The notes beneath the pieces are model-generated. The model did no database searches, had not been told where the DNA came from, and worked only from the letters and a program-made list of their open reading frames with translations. DNA of 64,000 nucleotides from Pseudogymnoascus verrucosus. Taxonomy: Eukaryota. Made by a program: the position numbers and the translations under genes. This document shows positions 1-11,500 of this stretch, piece after piece (the first letter of the stretch is position 1; each line of letters opens with the position of its first letter). The DNA lies in NCBI GenBank assembly GCA_001662655.1, contig KV460246.1; one strand, 5' to 3'.

Positions 1-260
1 TCGTGGCATTGTTGACTATAGTCACATTGACGCGTTTTGGTGTTTTGGTGGGCCACTCGTTCGGGTGGGCCACTCGTACGGGAAATACGTTATGTATACT
101 GTATATCAGGATATCGGGATATATACGCTCTCCTCCCACCTCCCACTCTCCTACTCCACCCAAAAACCCACAACAAAAGCACAACCATACGCCAAAACCG
201 CAACGCTACACCCAACTCCCAAAAAAATCCATCTGTTAAACCTATGCTACCTCCCGCAGT

Positions 261-2966
261 CTAGCCAAACCTCAACCCCGCACTCGGATCCCACACCCCA
301 GCCTGTGGCTGCTGCTGTCTCTTCCCATCCCCCTGCGGGGCCGGCGACCCGCCAAAACGAATCCCCATCTCCGGGTTCCACATTCCTGCCACAGGCCCTG
401 CTGGGAGCGGAGGCTGCTGCTGTTGTTGCTGCTGGGGTTGTGGTAGCGGCGCGGGGTTGCGCGTCGCGATGGGGGCGGGCATTGGTTCTGCTTGCTGGGC
501 TCGTGACGGGGCGTGTGAGGCGGGTTGTTGCTGTTGTTGTTGCTGTGCTTGGTTCTGCAACGATAAAGAAGAGAGAGGTGGGAGTGATAGATCCCTAGAA
601 ACCCGTTAGCCATAGCCCTTCAAAACAAAAGGGACACAGAAAAACTCACGACTCAAGTCCCGCAGCCTCCGCCCGTCGGCTATACCCAAACTCCCTCGCC
701 TCCTCGCGGAACCTGCCCACAATCCGGCTGAGATCATTATAAAACGTCCTCCCCATCTCCAACTTCGCAACTACGTCTTTATACCCCACCCACGCCCCCT
801 CTAGTTGTTGTAACGCCTTCTCCCTCTCCCCACCCCCCTCCCCACGACGCGCACGCACGAAATCCGCATTAGCGCGCTCAACAGCACGGAGTAAAGTAGC
901 CTGCTCCTCCGCCTCGGCTGCAACAGCCGCAATCTCGGAGTCATATCTGCTCCCGAGCCTAGCATCGAAGAAGGCCTCGAAATGCGCTGTTACGATAGTG
1001 ACATCGGGCCTCTCGCGCTCTAGTCTCGCCGCCTCAGCCAAAAGGGCGGGATGCACATCATCCCCCCTCGCTGCCTCGCGAAGCGCCTCAATCTTGCGCC
1101 GCCGCCTGCTCTCGAGGCGCGAAATATCATTGAGGCAAGTACGCAGCGCCGACGCCTCAGCCTCGAGTTTCGGCGGAATAACAGCGCGGCGCGACGCCGG
1201 TACGAAGTCCGCGAGCCCGCGATCGGGGCCAGCGAGGATGCGGAGGAGAGGGGCGAGGTTGCGGTAAGTGTTGCGAACGAGATCATCGCTCGCAGCGGCG
1301 CTGGCAAGGTAGCTTTCGATTTCCGCGATCTGAGCGTGGAGTTTGGGCGCTGCTTCGCGGGACGGAGGACGGGTCCAGCGGAGAGTACCGAAGCGAGCGC
1401 GGAGAGCGGCGTCTTCGGCTTCCTCGGCGAGGAGGGCGTCGCGGCCGGAGGCGAAGGTAGCGGTATCTGTTGCCTTGAGCTTGGCGGTGTCGGCGAAGGA
1501 GCGGTCAAGGCGGGCTATGGCATCGGATTGGCGGAGTTCTTCGGCGTGGGAGAGGAGGGCGGGGGGGATGCCGAGGGGCTTCTCAAGGGCTTGGAGGGAG
1601 CCGGGGAGGGAGAGGGCGGAGAGGGTGCTGTGGATTGAGGCGGTTAGGGAGGAGAGGGGGCCGGTGAGTTGCGTGCTGACTAGACGGTCGCGGCGCTCTT
1701 CGTAGATGCTGGCGGCGAGGTGGACGGCGAAGGGGACGAGTTTGGAGAATAGCGGTGGGCCGAACATGGCGTTGTCGCCGAGGTGGTCGAGAGGGGATGC
1801 GACATCTGGGGGCACACGGGCTACTACCATGCCAGCGCGCTCGAGGGTCTTGAGCTCGGATTTTGGCGGTACGGGGTTGAGATAGATGATATCATTATCC
1901 TTCTCTGCGCGCTTGAGATCTTCGGAGACCTTGTTCTTGAGGCCGTTCAGGTCGCTCAGCACAGTCTTGTTGACGTAGCGAGCCTCCTTCAGCGCGTCGT
2001 TGACGCAGAGCATGCTGTCCCGCAGCCGCGCCACCTCCTCACCGTACTTGCGCTTCTCGAGACAATCGCACGCCTGCCTGTACTGAGCCGCGGCGGCGAA
2101 GTGGTGGTGCTTTGCGGCCATGTGGTGGATCCACTCGGAGCTTATGGCCTCACTCTGCACTGCCCAGTCTCCGGCCGTGCTATATAGATCCGAGACCCGC
2201 GCAGCAAGCTTCGCAATCGACGAGTCTTTATACCCGTCCATAACGGCCTTCTGCCAGAAGCACTCTTGTCCCTGGGCGAGGAGTAATTCCTGTAAAGATT
2301 CCAGTGTCACGATATCCATATCCTCGACTGGCGCCGTGCGCAGCTCTGGCACAACCTTGTCCTTGATGTGTGAGATGACCCCGGCGGCGAGGCAGAAGTA
2401 GTTCGCGGCAGACTTCAACCCATCGGGCGAGCTGAAGTTGACAGAGACGGCAAGTTGGGAGTAGAGCGCCGCGAGGTTGAAGAGGACGTTGCATAGCTCG
2501 AACTTGAGGTTGTCCTGGGATATCGGGCGCTTCGTGTTATATCCTAGCGCGGGGAACCATGTGAAGTCGGCGCCAATCTGTATTGAAGTAGAGTATCAGT
2601 ATATATTATTCCAGCCATAAAATAAATTATCCCGCTCAAAAAAATACTCACATCTATAGGGAACTTCCCGCCCATCCACACGAGCTGAGCGGCATAGGCA
2701 GCAATCTTCTTGAGACCGCTAATATGGGGTTCGCGGACGTTGATTGCTTCCCGGCGCAGACTGTCAATGACCTCGAGGTCCTGCTTGAACATGTCCGGAT
2801 GTTGGTCATATTTGCCAGAGATATATTGCCTGATGGCATCGGATAGGACGAGGCTGTGGGCTTTGCGGAAGGGGAGGAAGAGGATGTTGCTTGGGGTTTA
2901 TTAGCTTGTGTTTTATGAAAACATAGGGGGGGGTTGTGGAAGAGGAAGGGCTACTTACGAAGCCAT
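261..2966 (-). CDS. palA: pH-response regulator PalA/Rim20 (BRO1 + ALIX V domain), 4 exons
   Basis: Spliced N-terminus MASNILFLPFRK...KYDQHPDMFKQDL. BRO1 motifs NLKFELCNVLFNLAALYSQLA, LAQGQECFWQKA and AEKDNDIIY. ORF 646..2418 plus a Q/P-rich last exon ending at 261. Canonical GT-AG introns. Confidence 0.93.
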
Positions 2967-3286
2967 ATTGAAAGCTGAAGTGTCTTCGTGGTGGAATGGT
3001 GGGAGCTATAGAATATTGAAGCCTTCAGCTAGGCACTTTCTCTGTTTGGGTCAGTGAGGTACAGTGAACGGAGCGAAGTGGGATGGATGTCTTAGTGTCA
3101 GGGTCAGCGATGAAGTCATTGTTGCCTGAGGCTGCAACGTCAAATAGGTACGTACTATTGTATATAATTTGGGCCTGAGGCAGCAGCATCAAATAGGATA
3201 CTGGATAGGTATGTACGTACTGTTAGTAATAATATGAGCCTGAGGCATCAATTATCATGGGGGCCAAGGGAGCTTGGGGATGCTTA

Positions 3287-3323
3287 AATCGAGAAAATCG
3301 AGAAATCGAGAAATCGAGAAATC
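3287..3323. repeat. Short tandem repeat, (AAATCGAG) x4
   Basis: aaatcgagaaaatcgagaaatcgagaaatcgagaaatc in the palA/kinase divergent intergenic region. Confidence 0.7.
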
Positions 3324-3871
3324 ACATGCTGACGATGAGGGGCATGGGGATGGGAAGCTAAGCGAGAAATAAGTACATCAGCCATAGGTACACAAGTACT
3401 CTTCTTCCAACCAGACTGTGTAAAGTTACACGATGAGGAGTTTGGGTATGTCTGGGATACAAAACTGTCGTCATCAATAGACAGGCAGATAATCAATTCT
3501 AACGTTAAAAGAGATAATTAATTGATTAGAGATAAGGAGGATAGCTGACAGCAGAGCCTCTATAATCATCGTATCCCTCTCCTTCTTTCTTCATAGTTGA
3601 GCCTCATACATATATCCATCTGTCCATCAACCCATCATCTATCATCTATCATCCATATATCCATCTATCTGGAGCTGTATATCCCTCTCTTGTCTTTCAA
3701 TACCCCACGAAATACCCCATACAACGCGGTCTCAGTCGTGTCCTCACTGCCCCATACTACTCCATACTGTTCCATACACCTCCCCCTCTATCACCGTCAC
3801 TGTGAAACTCTTCGATACTTTGTCCTCCACTGCACCGGACCGTGAACACCCTGACTCTGACTGGCCGGGTA

Positions 3872-4063
3872 ATGGAGGAAACAAGCCAGCGACATCCATA
3901 CACCCATCGACAGGATCGCCGCATAGCCAACGGCAGCCGTTGCAGTACTACCCAAGACAGGTAAGTATGGCAAGCCCTCCATGCCATCATACCATACAAT
4001 CCCTACTAATATGATATTCTCTACTATAGTGCAGCACCAGTATCACCACCAGCATCAAACTAA
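3872..4063 (+). other. Putative spliced small ORF / uORF (40 aa) upstream of the kinase
   Basis: ATG at 3872; intron 3961..4029 (GTAAGT...CTAAT...TAG); TAA at 4061-4063. Spliced product MEETSQRHPYTHRQDRRIANGSRCSTTQDSAAPVSPPASN. Confidence 0.4.
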
Positions 4064-4836
4064 ACCCCTCCCAGTCAATCATACGGAATAAGGCCATAAA
4101 CAGTCTGGGGAAAGGTCCCTTGGCGCCTCTCGACCTCTCTCGACCCTTCTCGTCCCTCGTCCCTCTTCCCCGACTTCTGCGCCTTTCTCCTCATTCTCCC
4201 CCCATTCTGCTCCGGATACTTTTCGCTGCCTCATATCCACTTCCTCCGCAATCCATCCTCGGGACTACCTATAACGGAGTAGCGACACTGGGAGACACCT
4301 GTAGCGGCCTGTAACGAAGCTCTTCTCTTCCACTGTTTACCACTTTTCGCCCCGCCTCTGACAAGGTCACTCGGTAAATCAACAACCGCCCGCCGCTACC
4401 ACATATTACGAGACTACTTACCTAAGGTGACTCCAACCCATCCCGCCGGGAACGAGAAAAAAGGCACACGACTCACCTGTCTTGACTTCGTGCACCGCTT
4501 CTATATTCTCAATCCTCACTTCTCTCCGCCGCTCCTTTACATTGTTGCTTTGGACTTACGACTGTTCCCCTCGTGACTCCAAAGATCCGCTCGCCAATTC
4601 CTTTCTCTGGAGCTTAATTGGCTACGATAAACTACCGGCCCTCAATTAGCCTCGGCACTCGCCAGCCTTTTGCCCTCCATTCGCCCTCACATCTCGCCCC
4701 CAGCAGCCTCGCAACATACTCAACTACATTTACGTGTAAATACAAGTCACGACGCGCGCGACAGTCATCACGGAGACGTCCAGCTGAACAAAACTCATTG
4801 CGCAGTGGCCCGAGGGCCCTAAAACCAGCAGCGAAT

Positions 4837-6330
4837 ATGTCGTGGAAGAAGTCGGACCGCTTGATGGAGACCATCAAGCACTACTCAGCCTTCCCTGCCA
4901 CCGGCGTAAGCTTGCGCCAGATGGTACAGTTTGGGGAGAGGCCTTCTGTCGGTATGTTCCACCACCTGAAGCCAAAGCCAAACGCGCCTTACTAACGCTG
5001 AATCCCCAGGAACCCTCTTCCGCGCGTCACAATTCCTCTCGGAAGAGCTACCCATACGGCTTGCGCATAGGGTGCAGGAGCTGTCCGACTTACCAGATGG
5101 GTTAAATGAGATGACCTCGATACAGAGGGTGAAGGATTGGTATGCGCAGTCATTTGAGGTATGAAAGGTTACTATTTGGGGGGGTTGTAGGTTGAGTCAT
5201 ATACTGACGGCACGACAGGAAATCACAGCACTTCCCAGGCCGGAACTCTCGAAAGAGGTCAAGGAGCGCCTCATGAGGCCGAACAAGTTCAATGCCAAGC
5301 ACTCTAAAATCATCTCGGAAACGACGTACAATCCTAGTGTGCCCAAGGGAAAGTACACGTCGGCCTACTGGCCCAACGAAAACGGTAATGGCAACGGGGA
5401 GGGCAAGAAGGGCTTCTCGCGCCGCTATTTCGCGACAGTAGAAGATACAGGCGACTGGCCACCTGAGCTATTCGACTACAACAAGCGCTTCGCCGAGACG
5501 CTCAACACGATCAAGAGGCGGCACGATGGCGTCGTCACAACCGTCGCCCAGGGCATCCTCGAGTACAAACGCAAGCGGCAACGCATGCAGATCGACCATA
5601 ACATCCAAGCATTCTTGGACCGATTTTACATGTCGCGCATCGGAATCCGTATGCTGATCGGTCAGCACATAGCGTTGACGGACCAGAACCACAACAAGGA
5701 CCCCAACTACGTGGGCATAATCTGCACTAAGACCAATGTGCGCGACCTAGCCCAAGAGGCCATTGAGAATGCGCGCTTCGTGTGCGAGGACTTCTACGGC
5801 CTCTTTGACGCGCCCAAGGTTCAGCTCGTGTGCCCGCCGGACTTGAACTTCATGTACGTCCCGGGGCACTTGTCGCATATGCTCTTCGAGACGCTGAAGA
5901 ACTCGCTTCGCGCGGTCGTCGAGACGCACGGGCAGGATAAGGAGGAGTTCCCCATCACGAAGGTGGTGGTTGCTGAGGGGAAAGAGGACATTACTATCAA
6001 GATCTCCGACGAGGGCGGTGGCATCCCACGTAGTGCTATCCCGCTCGTGTGGACATACATGTACACCACCGTCGACTCAACGCCAAGTCTAGACCCAGAC
6101 TTTGACAAGAGCGATTTCAAGGCGCCAATGGCCGGTTTCGGATACGGATTACCGATATCGAGATTGTACGCGAGGTATTTCGGAGGGGATCTTAAGTTGA
6201 TCAGTATGGAGGGGTAAGTTCTTCCTCCTTTCCACCCATCCCAAAACCGCACTAACAAACTCCTAGTTACGGCACAGACGTCTACCTCCATCTCAACCGC
6301 CTATCCTCCTCCTCCGAACCCCTCCAGTGA
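4837..6330 (+). CDS. Mitochondrial pyruvate dehydrogenase kinase-family protein kinase (BCDHK_Adom3 + GHKL), 4 exons
   Basis: GVSLRQMVQFG, FLSEELPIRLAHR, FLDRFYMSRIGIRMLIGQH, ETLKNSLRA, DEGGGIP, AGFGYGLPISRLYARYFGGDL; last exon GYGTDVYLHLNRLSSSSEPLQ*. Confidence 0.92.
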
Positions 6331-7371
6331 CAACCAACCCCCCCCCTCGAGACCGGCGGTCCCTCCCGCTCCCGCCACCACAGCAGCTCGGGCAACCTGA
6401 CCCTAGACATGCGCTACAAGCAGATGCACCTCAAGAACCCCCGTGCCCGACGCGAAGTGACGACGCGCAAGCAGGTCGGCGACGCGGAGAGCATGGTGAA
6501 CGAGGGCGAGTCCTCGGCGGGGCGGAGTGGTTTTTTTGGACGGGGGGGGGAGGTGTGAGAGCGCTGCTGGCGGGGAAGTGGGGGGGGATACTGGCGGCTT
6601 GTGCTTGTTTCTGTAGTCCCCTTCTTGTCCTGCTGCCGCTGCTGGAGTTGGTGTCGTGATGCGGTCGTGCTGGAATGAGCCGACGCGTCCGTTCCTCTCC
6701 CCCCTGAGAACAATAAATCTACTGGTGAGGGTGAAAATGGCGAGGGGGGTGTGTGCGTGTGTTTGCACATAAATGAAGAAATCTTCAAATGGAGACGAAA
6801 AAAATACAAAACCTTCTATTTCGAAGCGGTTTTACTAGCGATGGGGGATTGGTGGTGCATGCATCATAGGTGGAATGGGAAGGGATAGAATATACATTTT
6901 GCCACGAGGGGGGCATGATAAGGAGGAGGGACATTTCTTTGAGCGGCTATTTCATTGCTCACGAGGGCACGGTGGGTGTATGGCGCGTCAAGGCAGGTCG
7001 GGGGGGTTGGTTGTAACATATACGTGGGATCTCGTACGCCTGCGCCGTGGTTTTCTTTTTGCATAGCATTGGTTTCCTGGAAGGCGAGACCAGAGGAGGT
7101 GGTAGAGATGGGTGGGGTATTCGCCCCTGTTTGGAAGATTTGTTGGAGGGTAGAGAAATAAAGATCATGATTGTTTAAATATTTGGATTTGAGAAATGCA
7201 CGCGTTGTGATTTGTGACGTGCGTAAACGGGGGATGGATAGAGACTGAACTAATAAATGAATGAATATTTCCTTGTGTATCTCTCGCCCATCGGGCACGC
7301 CTACACTATAGTAATACCTTACAACGCCTCCCTCCCCACATACGTATATACACCCCTCCTCTTCCTCACAT

Positions 7372-9190
7372 CTACGCCTTATAAAGCGTATCCAAAAAAC
7401 CCCCCGCCAACTCCACCACAACACTCTTATTCGGCAAGCTCCCCGCAACCCCATAAAGCGCCGCACTATCCCCCCTCGCCTCCCCCTTCTTCCGTCCATT
7501 CACCCCCCTCTCGCGCTCCTTCTCGCGCTCCGCCTCCACCACCGCCTCGAGGTCGGTAATAAACTTCTGCCACACCTTTGCGACGGGTAGCGTGACGGCC
7601 ATGTGCACGGCGGGCGGGTTTTGGAGGGCGTTCAGGTGCCACCCCTTCCCGGACATGCCGTCGGCGATGTCGTAGATGTCGAGGGTGGAACTGCGCACTG
7701 CGACGACGCTGACGAGGGGCTCGCCTACGATTTGGAGGTCTGTGGAGAGGGAGGGGTTGGTGCGGACAGCCTCAGCGATGGAACGCGCGGCGCCAACAAT
7801 CTCGTGTGCCGAAGCGATGTAACCCGCCTCACCGACACGCATCAGACTAGCCCAGCACCCGGCAATCAAGGCACCGGGGCGGGATCCCGCCATGTTAGGG
7901 GAGGCGTAGACGCCGCCCGACCAGTCTGGCGCGATGAAGTACTGGTATGTGCGCAGCTTCGCGGAGCGGTAGAGGATGGTGCTGTTTCCCTTTGGCGCGA
8001 AGCCGTACTTGTGTGTGTCGCAGGAGATGGAAGTGACGCCGCGGAGGCGGAAGTCGAAGAGCGGTGCGGGGAAGCCGGCAGCGCCGAGGAAGGGGACGAG
8101 GAAGGAGCCGAGGCAGCAGTCGACGTGGAGGGGGATGCGGCGGGCGACGGCGAGCTTGGAGAGCGCGGAGATGTCGTCGATGATGCCGTGGGGGAAGTTG
8201 GGGGCGGAGCCGACGAGGAGGATCGTGTTGCCATTTATGAGGCGCGAGACGGCGGGGATGGAGACTTGGTAGGATGGCGCGGGGCAGGCGACGAGGTGGA
8301 CCTTGATTCCGAAGTAGTGGCCGGCTTTGTGGAACGCGGTGTGGCCAGTGTCTGGGAGGATCCTGTGAGGGACGTTAGTATGTGTGTTTGGATGGAGGGC
8401 GGGTGAGTGGGTGGCTTACATCTCGGGTTCAGTGACACCACGCTCAACGTAGGCTTTTTGTCTGGCGCTGAGGCAGGCCATAAGGATCGACTCGGTGCCT
8501 CCGCTTGTGGTGGCACCTGCGGCTCCGGGCGGCGCATTGAAGATCCCGAGGACCATTGCGACGATCTCGGCCTCCATCTTTCGGACGCCAGGGAACACAT
8601 CCGGGTGGATGGGGTTGGCGACGGTGAACTTTCCAAAGGCCTCCGTCTGCAGCTTGATCAGGTCGTCACCACCGTGGTACACAGCACCAGACACGTATCC
8701 GTCTTCCCACTTGGTATGATCCATATTCGCGAGGGTCTCCAGCTCCTTCTGCACTGTTTCGTCGGTCCAGCCCTCCTTTGGAAGGGTTAGGTGTCTCGTT
8801 ATGCCAGGTCCAGATTGTATAAGCTTCGCCTGCAGCTTTGTGATTGCCTCATTGACCTGTTTCTGCACCTGAGTGCGCACACCCGGCGCCCTCAGGAAGA
8901 GCCCATAGAGTGTCCGTCGGACCGAAACGTAGCCATCGATAGTCGAACCAGCGAACCCCCTACCCTTGAGCTTCAAGTATGCCTTCTTCGTCCACCTCCA
9001 CAGGAATAGGAAGAAAATGATATTGCGCAGCCTAAACTAAAGCGTTAGTATCGGAATCGTAGCTCCACGCGAGTTATCACCGAGGCACTTACAGGTCGAT
9101 GTTCAGCGAGAGCAGCTGGGTACCCGAGCCGCCGGCCCTCGCCGCAATAGTGTTGCGCAAGCTGATAGGCATCCTCGAAGTCCCCGGCAT
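7372..9190 (-). CDS. DPL1: Sphingosine-1-phosphate (sphinganine-1-phosphate) lyase, PLP-dependent, 3 exons
   Basis: VSGAVYHGG, ANPIHPDVFPGVRKMEAEIVAM, TTSGGTESILMA, HVDCCLGSF, SCDTHKYGFAPKG (PLP lysine), AGSRPGALIAGCWA. Confidence 0.92.
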
Positions 9191-10193
9191 GGTGATATTT
9201 GAACAATTGAAGCTTCACTTCACAGTTCGTTGATGGAGGGTGCGACGTTCGAGAGATGCTGGGGCGGCGATACAGCGACCGACCTCCACTTTACGTCGGA
9301 GCTCGGCTTGTGGCTTGTGAAAGGGAGTGGGGAACGTCGCAACAGCACACTTGGGTTACTCCGGCCGACGTAACCTGAGGAGTAAGGTTGCGATTCTTGG
9401 CCAGATTGGGATGGCTTCGGTTCAGGGAGTACGAAGTACGAAGAGAGTAAAAAAAAGGCGATGGAGCATAAAACCCACTACAAAACATTTCATCGCACCA
9501 CTTTACTCAAACTCTATCTCTATCTGAACGTTCACAGAACATTAGCTATGCATAATACGGATATTTGCACGCAAATTACGCCTAAAACTCCAATATCAAA
9601 GGCTAGATATGCCGCCAAACTGGCTGGTGAACGAGTACCAGCGGTCTCTACTGCACCCAGCCGTGTGCAAATATACGATGGTAGGCCGGGTCGAGTCAAA
9701 ACCTTGGCCTCAAGACACCTTGTCTTCCAGATCCAAACCCCGGGCAATTTGAATCTCAGACGGACGAAAGGATAGCTTCCTTTCTAACTATCCTTTTATC
9801 CAAAACAATGGTTTGGCTTGGGGCAACAAGGACTTCACGATAGTTGGCCATGCCCAGACATACCGGTACGAGTAAGTTCTACGAAGAAAACCTAACTTCG
9901 TCGTTTCCAAGCTTCATCTATTTCCTTATTGGCGATGTTGGCAAAACACAAGGGGGACTAAACCCGCTCTGTTTCCACCTTTCCTCTTCAGCCTTGTCCT
10001 AAACGCCACTTTTCGCGGGGAGTCGGCCAACCAACGTCACTCATAAATGTCCAGTCCATCTTTTTACGTCATTACTATATTCAGTACCTCCGCGAGATGA
10101 TCTGTTTCTTTCTAACTTGAGTCTCCAATTCTTTTACTTATTTTTATTCCTCCCTTCACAATACTCTATCCCTCTTGCCCTACGCCTTCCATC

Positions 10194-11426
10194 ATGGCGT
10201 CTGTGATTCAACTGGAGAGTCATGTCAATAATCACGCGTGGGGGAAGAAGGGACAGTCGTCCCTAGCCGCCCGGTATGCGGATGCCACACCGGGCAAGGA
10301 GTTCAAGGTAGAGTCGGGCAAAGATTACTCGGAGATGTGGATAGGCACAAATCCAAACAATGCATCACACATCCTGTCAACTGGACAGAAGCTCCAAGAA
10401 TGGATCGACGGCAACAAAGAGAAGCTGCTCGGGCCGGCTGTCATTGAGAAGTACGGTTCGGACCTGCCATTCCTACCAAAGGTCATCTCAATTTCGAACG
10501 AACTCCCCCTCCAAATACACCCGGACAAGGAGCTCGCGACCAAGCTCCACAAGCACAACCCTTCGAAATTCGGAGACCCAAATCACAAACCCGAGCTTAC
10601 AGTAGCTCTGACCGACTTCGAGGCCTTCGTTGGCTTCAAGCATGTTGATGATATCGAAGCTCTCTTCACCGACATACCCTTTCTCAGGGACCGATTCACC
10701 ACCCAGCCGAAAACACCCTTCACCAGCTCAACCCTCGTCAAAAACATCGTCCACAAGCTGCTCTCGCTCTCGGAGGAAGAAGTCGCCGAAGTATACTCCG
10801 CGCTCCGCGATGCCCCGCGCTCCGAATACGGCGACCAGAGCTACATCCTGATGCTCCTCCCCCGCATCGCCAACCAGGACGGCGCCACCGACCCCGGCTG
10901 CCTCGTCTCGCTCCTTACCATGAACTTCCTCACCCTCAAGAAGGGCGAGGCGCTCTACATCCCCGCGGACGGCATCCATGCCTTCCTCTCCGGCGACATC
11001 ATCGAGTGCATGGCGCCCTCGGACAACGTGATAAACTGCGGTGTCTGCCCAAGCGCAAACCCGGAATCGATCAACCTCTTCACCTCGGCGCTGACGTTCG
11101 ACTACAAGGACCCGCAGTCGATGGTGATGAAGCCGAAGGTGAGCACGAAGGGACTGAAGGGGCATACGAGGGTATATGCGCCGGAGGGTAGCGAGTTTGA
11201 TATGCTGGTTACGGAGTTGAAGAGCGGGGAGGAGGAGCATATTGCGGGCTTGCAGGGCCCGGGCATTGTGGTTGTGACGAAGGGGGAGGGGAAGCTACAT
11301 GCCAAGGACGTGGATTTGGAGTTGAAGGAGGGCTATGCGTTTTTCGTTGGATATGATACCGATCTTAAGCTGGTGGCGAATGGGGGCGAGGGGCTTGATA
11401 TTCACATGTCGTTTTGCGAGGCGTAA
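10194..11426 (+). CDS. Type I mannose-6-phosphate isomerase-like protein (divergent paralogue), intronless
   Basis: 410-aa ORF with WGK, EMWIGT, LPFLPKV, LQIHPDK, DPNHKPEL, HAFLSGDIIECMAxSDN; Zn ligands Q/H/E/H present. Confidence 0.85.
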   Translation: MASVIQLESHVNNHAWGKKGQSSLAARYADATPGKEFKVESGKDYSEMWIGTNPNNASHILSTGQKLQEWIDGNKEKLLGPAVIEKYGSDLPFLPKVISISNELPLQIHPDKELATKLHKHNPSKFGDPNHKPELTVALTDFEAFVGFKHVDDIEALFTDIPFLRDRFTTQPKTPFTSSTLVKNIVHKLLSLSEEEVAEVYSALRDAPRSEYGDQSYILMLLPRIANQDGATDPGCLVSLLTMNFLTLKKGEALYIPADGIHAFLSGDIIECMAPSDNVINCGVCPSANPESINLFTSALTFDYKDPQSMVMKPKVSTKGLKGHTRVYAPEGSEFDMLVTELKSGEEEHIAGLQGPGIVVVTKGEGKLHAKDVDLELKEGYAFFVGYDTDLKLVANGGEGLDIHMSFCEA

Positions 11427-11500
11427 TTGGGAGGTGACAAGGGATAATTGTTGCCGCTAGGGAGGGATATTGATGAAGTGATGAATGGGGGTGCGGGTTG

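Noticed and set aside
47..81. Direct repeat ggtgggccactcgt x2
   Set aside because: Only two copies downstream of palA with no spacer structure; not CRISPR-like
998..2401. Many overlapping + strand ORFs opposite palA (likewise over DPL1 and PCS60)
   Set aside because: GC-rich shadow ORFs of real genes
261..9190. palA, kinase and S1P lyase as a functional cluster
   Set aside because: Unrelated housekeeping pathways; ordinary linkage is sufficient
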